The translations under genes were made by a program, and so were the position numbers. Source: Corallochytrium limacisporum Hawaii (taxonomy: Eukaryota > Protista > Pluriformea). From it: DNA of 64,000 nt. Positions 33,658 to 43,296 of the stretch are shown piece by piece; the stretch's first letter is position 1; every line of letters begins with the position of its first letter. The DNA lies in assembly GCA_002811645.1 (NCBI GenBank), contig PDIP01000260.1, positions 4,839 through 68,838 on the forward strand, written 5' to 3'. The notes below the pieces were generated by a model, which was given only the letters and a program-made list of their open reading frames with translations, had not been told where the DNA came from and ran no database searches.

Positions 33658-36600
33658 TTACAGGAAATCGCTGGCGTCGACTTTCGGCGGCGCGTCTAGG
33701 TCATAATACTCAAGGACACTACGACCACTGTCACCTCCCAAGCCATGGTTGCCGCCTGCGCCGCGGTGGCCACGGCCACCGCGGCCACGGCCACGTCCGC
33801 GCCCTCGGAATCCACGGCCCCCCCGACCGCCTCGGCGCTCACGGAAAGAACTCTCACGACCATCGTCGTCCTCTTCACCGCCTTCGCCTGCCTTGCTTCC
33901 TGGGCGCAGCGCACCATGTCCGAAGGCAGATGATGCCATGTTCACATCGCTGAATGGCGCAGCCGTTGATGGGTTGCAGGCATAATTCAGGAGCATGGCC
34001 GCAAGACTCCGCACACGATCTACGAAACCCTTGTGCATGTTTCGAATGTGCTTAACCACAAACTGGGCGCCAGCAAATGCCTTGTCGCAGTGTACGCAGA
34101 CGAAGCGGCCACCATCTTCAATGCGCATGAAGCGACGGCCTTGGAGGATGCGATCCTCCGCGTAGGTCTGCAATTCGTTCAGCGTTGGACTGGTACCAGC
34201 GTCTAGGGAAGCCGCACCGGTCCAGACTGCCACTTCTTCGGCAGTCCGCTGGCTCCTGACAAAATCCTGGAGTCGATCCAGGAAAACGCCTGCGTTGGAG
34301 GGCATTGGATTAGTTTGCACAGAGCTCACGCTTTTGTTTGTTACCGGACCAGAAGCAGAAGCAGACAACGCCTCCTCTGTGTCCTTGCCGTAGTACACAG
34401 ACCGCAGATGCACGAGTCCATGACGGAAATGGAGGTCCTCGAGGCTGGAGCACTGGCGGCAGGCGTAGAAGTCAAAGTTATGGACCACGCGCAGGTAGAC
34501 GCAGAGAGTATCCATTGCCCTCACCATTTCTTTGCTGGCAAGGGTGAATGTGGACGCAGCCACAGACCCTTCCTCTGCAGGTTCGTCGGTGCTGGCGATA
34601 TCTACAGTACCGTCCGTAGGTGCCGCTCCATCGTCTGCTGCCGGTGCACCCGAAGCTGCCTTCTCGGTACCGAAACGCAGCCTGCGTTCCCGCTCCTTGG
34701 CTTCCTTTGCCTCTCGCTCTGTTTGAGCCTGCTTGGCCAACGTTGACATTTCAGCAAGGAAGTCCTCCGTGAGGACAGAAACTATATCTTGGAGGCTCTG
34801 CTCAATGCCGGCACGACCGTCCATCGCTTGGATGAGTTCAATCGCTGCGAGAATGTGTTCGGCCATAAGCACCTCACGGTTCGCACTGGCGTGCACAAAC
34901 TTTGGGTTTAGACGCGGCGTCCAGATTTCCACAACAATGTCAGCGCTGCGCCCTAGATCCTCAAGGCGCCGACGGATGTCTTCCGCACGCGCCTGGAGAT
35001 CCGAGCCTTTCCCAAAAACAAACCAGACGTCACGGGCCATGGCACTTGTGTAGTATGTTGGGGAAGACTCACTGATCCGCAGCAGACCGTCGAGACCCTT
35101 ACCAAGACGGTGCATGGCATCTATTCCCTGCACTCCAGGTACATTGCGCAAGATTAGCGTGCGGGACGGGTAAAGAATGTTCAACTGGTCCTTGATAAAA
35201 GCATACTTTTGCTTCTGTTCCCTGGAGGAAGGAGCAGCACCGGCGTCAGTAGCCTTGTCCTTGTTACCTCCGTCGGCCGTGCCCGCAGCAACCCCGTCTT
35301 CGTTCTCGTCGTCCTCACCTTCCTTGTCCTGCTCTTCCACAGGGCGAGTGGTAACCTTATTGTTCCAATTAGACGCCTCAGCATCCAGGCGCCTGACCTC
35401 AGACAGATCCGGGGAATGCTCGACACCATCATACAGATCAAGGAGCTGCAGTCCAAACACTTGGCTGTTGAAGATGTTGTCTCCGTCGAGACAGAATTCA
35501 TCACCAGCAAAGACGTCTTTCTCCTGCATCTTTCTAAATGCGATCAGACCACGGTTGGTTCGATCTGCAGTCTCCTTCTTGCGACGCTCTCCGTCTTCCC
35601 CGTTGAACACATCGCCAAGTTTCTTGGTGATTTCCTGCAATTCTGCACCGTTTTCTTCGGCTCCTACACTTTCAGTGCTACCATTAGCCTCTGTAGAAGT
35701 AGTCGCCTTTAGTTCCTCGAGTTGGCTGTGGTCAGGGGCATACAGATCCTTGAACAGAGCCTCTTCGAAATGGCGTTCAAAACGTGCCAGTACGGACTGG
35801 CCGATTCGTTCTCGACGGTATTTTTCATATTGTGTCTTAGCCTCTTCCGAATCCTTATCCCCCACAACTGTACCACCGGCCAGCATCTCCTGGAATGTAT
35901 TCGAATTGATCCACCGTGTGAATGAGTATATGTGGTCCAAAGCGGCACGTTTTTGCCTCTTGGTACGGCGACCCTCGCGACTGACGACCCGTTCACGGCT
36001 ACTAGCCCGCGGCCTTTCGTCACGTGCACTCATGTCCAGGCGACCTTCCAGGCGGCTGGATCTGGGACCGTCCCTACCACCACGCTCACGTCGGTCGCGT
36101 GGAGGGGGCCCACGGTCATCTCGTTCCCGGTCCCGATCCCTGCGGCTGTCCCTGTAGTCGTCGTAGCTCCTTTCATCATAGCCCCGACGAGCCGGTGGGC
36201 CATGGTCATGATATCCTCCATGCGGTGGCATATCCCTTGGATCACGGTAGAAGTCGTCATCGTATCCACCACGAGGAGGTGGGGGTCCACGACGATCCCA
36301 GGGGTCCCGGTAGTATCCCCCCCTCCGGTCATCGTACGCATCACCGCGCATCGGCGGTGGAGGCCCACGGCGGTGCGGTGGTGGCGGTCCAGACCTGTAA
36401 TTTTCGTACCGGCCTCCTCCTCTTCGGTTCGGGGGTGGCCCTCGTCTGTCATACATGCGATCGTCGTAGTAGTCATCGCGATCGCGACGGCCTCCTCTGC
36501 GACCACCCCGACGATCACCACGGTCGCGGTCACGGTCACGGTCACGATCGCGTTCCTGTTCTCTGTAGTATTCTTCGTAAATATCTGGTGGTGGTCCGCG

Positions 36601-36750
36601 AGATTTGGAGGACCGAATAGGACTGGACCTGTCATCCCGAACGGGAGAGCGAGATCTCTCGCGTGGTGCAGGATCTCCACCTCCCGAAGGGCCTGCCTCG
36701 TAGTCCGGAGACACCGACCTGCGGGGTCGGGATGAATCTCCTGCATCCAT
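33658..36750 (-). CDS. SRRT: SERRATE/Ars2 RNA effector
   Basis: RD/RG-rich N-terminus; YLRVVHNFDFY; C2H2 finger CVHCDKAFAGAQFVVKHIRNMH; C-terminal YYDLDAPP cap-complex-binding motif. Confidence 0.88.
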   Translation of the reverse strand: MDAGDSSRPRRSVSPDYEAGPSGGGDPAPRERSRSPVRDDRSSPIRSSKSRGPPPDIYEEYYREQERDRDRDRDRDRGDRRGGRRGGRRDRDDYYDDRMYDRRGPPPNRRGGGRYENYRSGPPPPHRRGPPPPMRGDAYDDRRGGYYRDPWDRRGPPPPRGGYDDDFYRDPRDMPPHGGYHDHGPPARRGYDERSYDDYRDSRRDRDRERDDRGPPPRDRRERGGRDGPRSSRLEGRLDMSARDERPRASSRERVVSREGRRTKRQKRAALDHIYSFTRWINSNTFQEMLAGGTVVGDKDSEEAKTQYEKYRRERIGQSVLARFERHFEEALFKDLYAPDHSQLEELKATTSTEANGSTESVGAEENGAELQEITKKLGDVFNGEDGERRKKETADRTNRGLIAFRKMQEKDVFAGDEFCLDGDNIFNSQVFGLQLLDLYDGVEHSPDLSEVRRLDAEASNWNNKVTTRPVEEQDKEGEDDENEDGVAAGTADGGNKDKATDAGAAPSSREQKQKYAFIKDQLNILYPSRTLILRNVPGVQGIDAMHRLGKGLDGLLRISESSPTYYTSAMARDVWFVFGKGSDLQARAEDIRRRLEDLGRSADIVVEIWTPRLNPKFVHASANREVLMAEHILAAIELIQAMDGRAGIEQSLQDIVSVLTEDFLAEMSTLAKQAQTEREAKEAKERERRLRFGTEKAASGAPAADDGAAPTDGTVDIASTDEPAEEGSVAASTFTLASKEMVRAMDTLCVYLRVVHNFDFYACRQCSSLEDLHFRHGLVHLRSVYYGKDTEEALSASASGPVTNKSVSSVQTNPMPSNAGVFLDRLQDFVRSQRTAEEVAVWTGAASLDAGTSPTLNELQTYAEDRILQGRRFMRIEDGGRFVCVHCDKAFAGAQFVVKHIRNMHKGFVDRVRSLAAMLLNYACNPSTAAPFSDVNMASSAFGHGALRPGSKAGEGGEEDDDGRESSFRERRGGRGGRGFRGRGRGRGRGGRGHRGAGGNHGLGGDSGRSVLEYYDLDAPPKVDASDFL

Positions 36751-37497
36751 ATTTTGGGTGTGTTTGATTTTATTTTCCTTAAGATGTGCTCCAAAATAAA
36801 CTCACCAAACTCAGAATCCCATCTGCGGATGAGTCTCGAGTTCTGTGTTTTCGGCGATAATATTCTTTAACAAAAGTTCAACACATACTCTGTTCAGAAC
36901 CTTCGCGGTATGGATCTGCTAGAAAAGGTTATGTCCTCTCAACATGAATGTAGTACACCAACAGAGCTGCTTCTAAAGTACCAACTGCGAACGTATGCCC
37001 GTTTTGCAGTTGCACTTGTCGGGCAACCGTACAGGATTTTGCAGCCTGCAATGTGTCCCCTCCATACCCTCCCTTCAGCCTCTGAGCCCTTGTGAAGGGC
37101 AGATAGTATAAAAGGGCCAAAAGGGCGGGGAGAGGGAAAGTCACATGGACCGCGCAATCCGGGCCTTCCACCTCTCGGACACCAGATCCCAGCGAGTACG
37201 CCTAAGGAGGCATGTTTGACCCTTTGGCCAGCAAGACATTCCTGCTAAGCCAGGCCGGCCTACGACTGATGGGTTCACAAACTAGCTGGCAAGGAATTCA
37301 AATGGGTGGTGCAAGCTTGACCCTTCACCTTAGGCAAGGGCTGTTGAAAGTAAAGGAAACCATTCCAAGCATGATGTATGCAATGCTCAATCAAACGTAC
37401 AACGTAGCCCGACACCGCCAAAGGCAACGATCCCACCTTGAGATCCGTCATAAATCGGCCCCCGAGCTCTGTTCGTAATGACCCGACTCGGCTAGCC

Positions 37498-37508
37498 TTT
37501 GGCGCGAA
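37498..37508 (+). promoter_or_regulatory. E2F-type site TTTGGCGCGAA
   Basis: About 220 bp upstream of the ATG at 37728. Confidence 0.45.
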
Positions 37509-37727
37509 TTGTTCTCCTTACGAGCGAGGCGAGGAGGAGGGAGGGCACCGGGTGAGTCTCACCAAAGAAGTCACAGCCCCCGAATGGCAAGTAGGAAACA
37601 TTGGTATTTCAAGCATGTGAATTGAGAGCATACCAAAGTCCAATCACGCATAGTGACCTGTTTGCTACGAACTTTAAAAGGTTAACACACGAGTGATGCT
37701 GTCTAACAATATGAAACATGGGGTAGG

Positions 37728-40577
37728 ATGAACGACAAAGGCAAGCGTCCTGCACAGGGAGGTTATGAGGACCAGGAAGTAATTGATCTTACAAGTACGG
37801 TAGAAAGCACACAGCGTTCGTACCCATCTTCACCAAAACCAAACGAATCACAGGTAATTATAATAACTAGTGACTCAGACTCAGAGGACGAAGCTAGCCC
37901 ACAGACCTGTACTCCCGCAGCCCGAGGGTACACGACTTCAGATTTGACGTCTTCAACGTCAACGGAGAAGAAATACATTCCACGCATTTTATTGAGAGGC
38001 TCAGAGAAGATTTCAGAACCTGTAGGCACGAATAAGCGTCCACTGCTTTTGGGATCCTCGTCAGAAGACGACATGCCTTCTCAAAGTCGCAGCTCAGTGA
38101 TAAAGAAGTGGAGGAATAGTAAAGAAAACCAGCATGAAGATACAAACTTTCCAGGCAGAAAGCTTGGGCAGAGAGTTCGGAAGGCTGGAGGACCTCTCCA
38201 TCAACTTCAAACGGAACATGCAGAGCGGAACCACATTAGCATGTTCGAAGATGACGTCAGGGCAAAGAAAACGGTGACCACCGTGGTCAAGAATAGAAAG
38301 CAAACTGCAAAACCTAAACCTACGGAAGCGAGCTTTATCTTGCAAGACAAGCCAGAGAATCGGGCAAAACACCGCATTCTGCGATTTGATCCAAAGCATC
38401 ACTGTACCATAAGCGAATGCTTTTTTGCTAGGGAACTGTTTTCAATCCTGAAGGACCAGAACGACAAGAACAAACCGCACATGGCGTGGGCAAGTCCGCA
38501 TGTCAAGGTGAGAATATCTGCTGGGGCACAAGTAAACCAGGATTTCCAATCACCTAGAAATCCCACCCAACCTATCGCCATGGACAAGAAATCCCCACTG
38601 GCACGCTACAGAGTAACGCGTGTTGGAACACCAAAAACGCAGGTGCCTCCTGTGCGGAGAGGGCCACCTCCATTTCGTGGTGCATCTGCAGCAGTATATG
38701 AGCAGCATTTGATTCCGGAAACCGATGCTGTGTTTTCAAAGGGGTCTTTGCAAAGGGCTGAACTAGCGGCGCGTAGAGAATTTGACAGCAGATCGACTGG
38801 CGCAAGAGCATCAGGAGGACGAGGTCCCAGCAGTGCTCACCGGTTCATCTCTTCGTCCTCAAATCTCGCCAATGCTCAAGATCGGCTGGAGAGCATCCAA
38901 ATCCTACAGAAGACAATGCCGAAGGATATTAAGTTTGCTGTCCATAGACATCATTCACATTTGCTTGACTTTTTTGAAAACGAAATCGGTCACAATCGAA
39001 AGCCCACCATGTTGGCATACCGATCTGTAGTGGATGTTCTCTTCCACCCGGAAACTCATCCGGCCCTTGTGCAGAGAGCTTTCACATGTCTTGGGCAGGT
39101 GGCAGAGTACCACGCTGAGAGAGCAAACGATTTTGTCGACTGGACGGAAGACTCACGCCTTGAGACGTACAGGAACAGTATAGAGCAAGGTACGAGTCCA
39201 GCTAGTGGGGTTGATCGCGTGCACCGGCGGAAGTTTGGAAGCCTGGACAAACGGTTTGGTCGCTTGTGGTCTTGCATCCGTGGCCTTCGGTACTATGACA
39301 ATGCATCGATGCCGCCCATTGTTCACATGCAGCAGTTTCTTGACCATGCCCTGACCATATGCTGTAGACAATACATTGCCGTGCTCAGTCAAGGAGGCAG
39401 CCCCCGCGAATGCCTCTGGGAAGCAGTTCTACGGGAAGGTCAGGAGGACAGAATCCACACCGACGAGGTTCGATCTGGAGTGTCCTGCATCATCGACTTG
39501 TATAAGGACCTCATCGTAAGATCATGTGAGACAATAGCCAGGAAGTCAAATGCTGAAGATTCGGATGCACAGAATGAGGAACCTGAGGAATCCTCGATTG
39601 ACCCAGAGAATCCAACTAGCACATGGCTTGACTACCATCAAAAGGACGATGACGATGTCTCTGAGCGCAGCTGTCGTCTCTATGCCAGAGCGTTCTGCCT
39701 TGCCTTCCATTGCATTGACAAGCGGCCGATAAGTTTATCTCGAGACCACTACGTCCAGGAGGATTGGAGTCGATTTGGACGCGATCACATTCGCAGCGTC
39801 TACGAGCAGCACTTGTCCTATATTAGCGCTAGGCCAATCGAGGAGGGCAACCAGCGGTTTCGATTTGGTCTGGCCCATCGCAAGTTTGTGGAGACCATTC
39901 CCTGTCCACATCTGCGTCTATTAATTTGTGACATGCGGCTCTCGTCACTGGCACACGCTTTGCCACCGTCGACTACGAGCAGTCGGCGCCAGAGCACCTC
40001 CTCTCATGAACCTGTGGCCACTTGGCTCGACCCGGAGATCATTATTTCAGAGCCCTCCTTTACCAAGCTGTACAAATTGGTGCCTGCCCTCATCAACTAC
40101 TTTGGTCGCGAGAGCCCGAATCAACTGCACGAAGTTGTTTGGCTAACGCACATCTGTCTGCGTGAGCTCTTTATGGGCATATGTACGCACGATGATCCGC
40201 TGGTGTCTATGTTTGACCAGGACGAAGAACATGTGATTTCCAAAAGCAAGTCACAGTACCCTGCCACGGATGTCAGTGGTCACAGTGAGCACTCAAACAT
40301 TTTTACGCCAGTGAACTCACAGCAGTCTCACATAAGTGAATGCTGTGATAGGGCCCTGCCAACACCTCGCCGTGACAGTGATATTCGTGAACTTCGGCGT
40401 ATTGCAACGCGCACAGATCGCAAGTCCTTGTGCTGCTGGCGTGGTCTGCGGACCGCAGTCGAAGGGGCCTACGCAGTTTCAGGGACGGAGCCGTCCATAG
40501 ACGAACGTATGAGCGAGGAACTGCTTGTCTTTTGCGAGGAGCTTATGCATTTCACCGTGGGTAGAAGCAATCTTTGA
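37728..40577 (+). CDS. Uncharacterised protein with N-terminal SUMO-interacting motifs and a helical C-terminal half (possibly SIMC1-like)
   Basis: 949-aa ORF; EVIDLT and VIIITSDSDSEDE are canonical SIM patterns; family assignment is inference. Confidence 0.6.
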   Translation: MNDKGKRPAQGGYEDQEVIDLTSTVESTQRSYPSSPKPNESQVIIITSDSDSEDEASPQTCTPAARGYTTSDLTSSTSTEKKYIPRILLRGSEKISEPVGTNKRPLLLGSSSEDDMPSQSRSSVIKKWRNSKENQHEDTNFPGRKLGQRVRKAGGPLHQLQTEHAERNHISMFEDDVRAKKTVTTVVKNRKQTAKPKPTEASFILQDKPENRAKHRILRFDPKHHCTISECFFARELFSILKDQNDKNKPHMAWASPHVKVRISAGAQVNQDFQSPRNPTQPIAMDKKSPLARYRVTRVGTPKTQVPPVRRGPPPFRGASAAVYEQHLIPETDAVFSKGSLQRAELAARREFDSRSTGARASGGRGPSSAHRFISSSSNLANAQDRLESIQILQKTMPKDIKFAVHRHHSHLLDFFENEIGHNRKPTMLAYRSVVDVLFHPETHPALVQRAFTCLGQVAEYHAERANDFVDWTEDSRLETYRNSIEQGTSPASGVDRVHRRKFGSLDKRFGRLWSCIRGLRYYDNASMPPIVHMQQFLDHALTICCRQYIAVLSQGGSPRECLWEAVLREGQEDRIHTDEVRSGVSCIIDLYKDLIVRSCETIARKSNAEDSDAQNEEPEESSIDPENPTSTWLDYHQKDDDDVSERSCRLYARAFCLAFHCIDKRPISLSRDHYVQEDWSRFGRDHIRSVYEQHLSYISARPIEEGNQRFRFGLAHRKFVETIPCPHLRLLICDMRLSSLAHALPPSTTSSRRQSTSSHEPVATWLDPEIIISEPSFTKLYKLVPALINYFGRESPNQLHEVVWLTHICLRELFMGICTHDDPLVSMFDQDEEHVISKSKSQYPATDVSGHSEHSNIFTPVNSQQSHISECCDRALPTPRRDSDIRELRRIATRTDRKSLCCWRGLRTAVEGAYAVSGTEPSIDERMSEELLVFCEELMHFTVGRSNL

Positions 40578-40611
40578 CTGCTTGTAGAAATATACTGACA
40601 AATCTAGGTGT

Positions 40612-42672
40612 TCAATTGATTGACAAGTCTTCGCTGGCCACACACTGCAATCGACCGTCAGGTTCCTGCTGCACGTAGAGGGCGCCCATAGCCTGCAGAC
40701 CTGCTCTCAAGGCCATAAACCGTTTCATGCCATTTGGATCGTCCTCACGGGAACGGTAGTACTGGTACCATTCTTGTGCAATACCGCGTAGGTCAGCCTG
40801 CTCGGTGTCCCCGTTCCCGCCGAGGGCAACCCATGCTACATCAGAAGTGATGCTTGCGGCTGAATTCCCGCCGTCCGCAGCGGTAAGCAAAGTTTCTACA
40901 TCCACCACTAGTGCCCTCTTCTTTGTCTCCCCTGGACCATGGCTATCAATGGCCTGCGGCAGATCCGCGAGGATTTGACGCATTCCCACGTCGTCACTAG
41001 CTGTGATACGGTTCCACAATCGGTGCATGATAAATTCATGGGCCGGCGAGGCCGTGTTCGACAAATCTGCATCGTCATCGACTTCTTTTTGATAGCTTGT
41101 CGAGTGCAGCCAGAGAAGACGGTCACTAACGTCGGCATTGAACACCATCGAGGCCGGCGGGGTCACTTGCTTCATGCCGGCCGTGAACGGCAGGAACACA
41201 CCATCAGTTCCAACAGCTACCATGTTTGGCGTGATTTGCATAATCTGGCTATTATACTGGACTCGTTCGCCGCGCAGCAGGTGCCCCAAAAATGCCCATT
41301 TCGTCTGTGACAAAGTGGTCACTGGTTCACTATCGACATCCTTTGACTGATCCATCCAAGGGTAGGTGGCCCCCATCTTCTTTGGCTCCTGAATATCCAA
41401 CCAGTCGTCACGATATACCCTGCCGCCGTATGCCAGATGTTCCGGGTTTGGTGTATAGAAGACCGGGTAGTTCCAGATTGACAAAATTCTGAAACTTTGT
41501 TTGTCCAGTGCGTGAAAGATGATGCCAAACTCTTCTGGCTCATGTCCATTCTTCTCCTGACTGTTCCGTACTGCCATAAGGCTGCAGTAGAGATTCAGTG
41601 CCAGAGGCAGCCATTCCTTGTTCACGGGAATTACCACGACTTGGTTCCCGGCCTTCTCCTCAATCTTCTTCTCCTTGCCATAGTAGTCCGTAGCATCGTA
41701 GGGCAAGGCTTCATAAAGCACCAATACCACATTTCTATTCCTCGGGTTAAACTCACCGTTGTCACTGAGTACCAGTGCAGTAGAGTCTGTCTTGCCACGC
41801 CGGTGAAACTCACCCTCCGCAAGTTTCTTGCTGTGATCGGTGAGCATGCGTTTTTTCGAAGCAAACGCCTTGCCGTGATTAAAGTGGAATGGAGCTAGAG
41901 TAGGTGTAAGGTCCACCGTTGTGACGCTGTCATCTCGCAAGAAATGCGCAACGAACCAATTGTCCCCGCGCACGCGGCCGATCAGCACCGGTGGCATGGT
42001 CAGTTGCTGAGCTGTCCGAGTGGTGAGCAGGTAGTAATCAATGCCATAGACTGAGTGGAGATCGTCTGAAGTGTAATGCGTACCTCGATCTGTGAGGTCA
42101 AGCATGCGCTGGTAGACTCGGGATCCAATGGAAGACCACATCCTTGGATCTGCCTCAAAGTCACGACGCTGGCCAACTGCGAGGAACTGATCAAACTCCG
42201 CAAGTAATTTTTCTGTTACAGTAACCACATCCTGTGGGAAGACAATGTCCGAATTGGTATACATTACCGCGGACGACTTGGAAAACGCGGCAACACCCTT
42301 GATAACGCAATCCCACCGGGGGGCTCCGATGGTGCCATCCGTACAAGGGACCGGCATGCACGCAAACCTGTTCGCGTAGGACGTTCCTACTCTCTGTTGC
42401 TGGTCTAAGGCAGGGATCAGCACCTCGTTCAGGTACGCACAGGTCGGCTGCGATCCGTACCCGAGGACAGCGACACGGTCTCCAAGTTCCAGCCACGAAG
42501 TCACCGCCGCAACAAGGGCGGTGTCCTGAGGACGCACGACTCTTAAATCATGATCTAGTGGAAAGGGCGCGACTTCCTTTAGAACGGAAGTTATCGTCAG
42601 GAGTGGGCCCTGTTTACCCCAGACGGCGCCCATGCAAAGACACCACAAAAAGGCCAGCCTCAGCAATGCCAT
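40612..42672 (-). CDS. Secreted/Golgi two-domain glycosyltransferase-like protein (GT-A domain + degenerate GT77/nucleotide-diphospho-sugar transferase; RAY1-like layout)
   Basis: Signal peptide; YTNSDIVF, AVGQRRD, PPVLIGRVRGDNW, HFNH; second domain VNKEWLPLALNLYCSL..FHALD. Confidence 0.6.
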   Translation of the reverse strand: MALLRLAFLWCLCMGAVWGKQGPLLTITSVLKEVAPFPLDHDLRVVRPQDTALVAAVTSWLELGDRVAVLGYGSQPTCAYLNEVLIPALDQQQRVGTSYANRFACMPVPCTDGTIGAPRWDCVIKGVAAFSKSSAVMYTNSDIVFPQDVVTVTEKLLAEFDQFLAVGQRRDFEADPRMWSSIGSRVYQRMLDLTDRGTHYTSDDLHSVYGIDYYLLTTRTAQQLTMPPVLIGRVRGDNWFVAHFLRDDSVTTVDLTPTLAPFHFNHGKAFASKKRMLTDHSKKLAEGEFHRRGKTDSTALVLSDNGEFNPRNRNVVLVLYEALPYDATDYYGKEKKIEEKAGNQVVVIPVNKEWLPLALNLYCSLMAVRNSQEKNGHEPEEFGIIFHALDKQSFRILSIWNYPVFYTPNPEHLAYGGRVYRDDWLDIQEPKKMGATYPWMDQSKDVDSEPVTTLSQTKWAFLGHLLRGERVQYNSQIMQITPNMVAVGTDGVFLPFTAGMKQVTPPASMVFNADVSDRLLWLHSTSYQKEVDDDADLSNTASPAHEFIMHRLWNRITASDDVGMRQILADLPQAIDSHGPGETKKRALVVDVETLLTAADGGNSAASITSDVAWVALGGNGDTEQADLRGIAQEWYQYYRSREDDPNGMKRFMALRAGLQAMGALYVQQEPDGRLQCVASEDLSIN

Positions 42673-43296
42673 ATTGCCCTAATCTGGGTTTAGCTCTGTA
42701 GTGCTCCCTGTTCAAGATCACATCTTTACGTTCTCCTGTCCGTCTATGAAATTGCGTTCCTTTACAACAGATCACAGCCAAATGAGCGCGTCTTTATCCT
42801 TGTTGGGCCTAGGTTTGGAAATACCAACTGATGCCACGCCCGGCCGTACCAAGAGACGAGTGTCGGGCGGCAAGGTGCCAACGGTTTCTCTCACCCGCCC
42901 CCCCCCTTTCCGCGGGGACCTGCTATACAAAAAGACTCCCAAATTATGACGATTGGTGTCGCTTGTGCCCTCTCTGCGGCCCGATTACGCGGCTGGACCC
43001 TCCGTACTTGTCGTCGGCCAGCTGGTACGAGTGCTGCGCTGGTGATCGGACAATAGGGACCATTCTGGACACCATGACATAGAGGGTAACCATCTTCCAC
43101 CCGTTGTAGTGGCGAAGACTGGATGATTGTCATTGGCCGTCTCTTTTGTCAATATGTTTATGTTAGTCACACCAAATAGGTGGGAGTTTATTGTGAACGC
43201 TGAGCCTTCGCGATATTTCCATTGCTGCACAACTGCTATCCAAAGTTCAACCGCATCCGGAGGACTGCCTCAAAAGTAGACTCTGCTCGAAAGGCT

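Noticed and set aside
35177-36794. Long overlapping ORFs (326, 267, 254 aa) within SRRT, and similar antisense ORFs in other genes
   Set aside because: Shadow frames of GC-rich, repetitive coding sequence.
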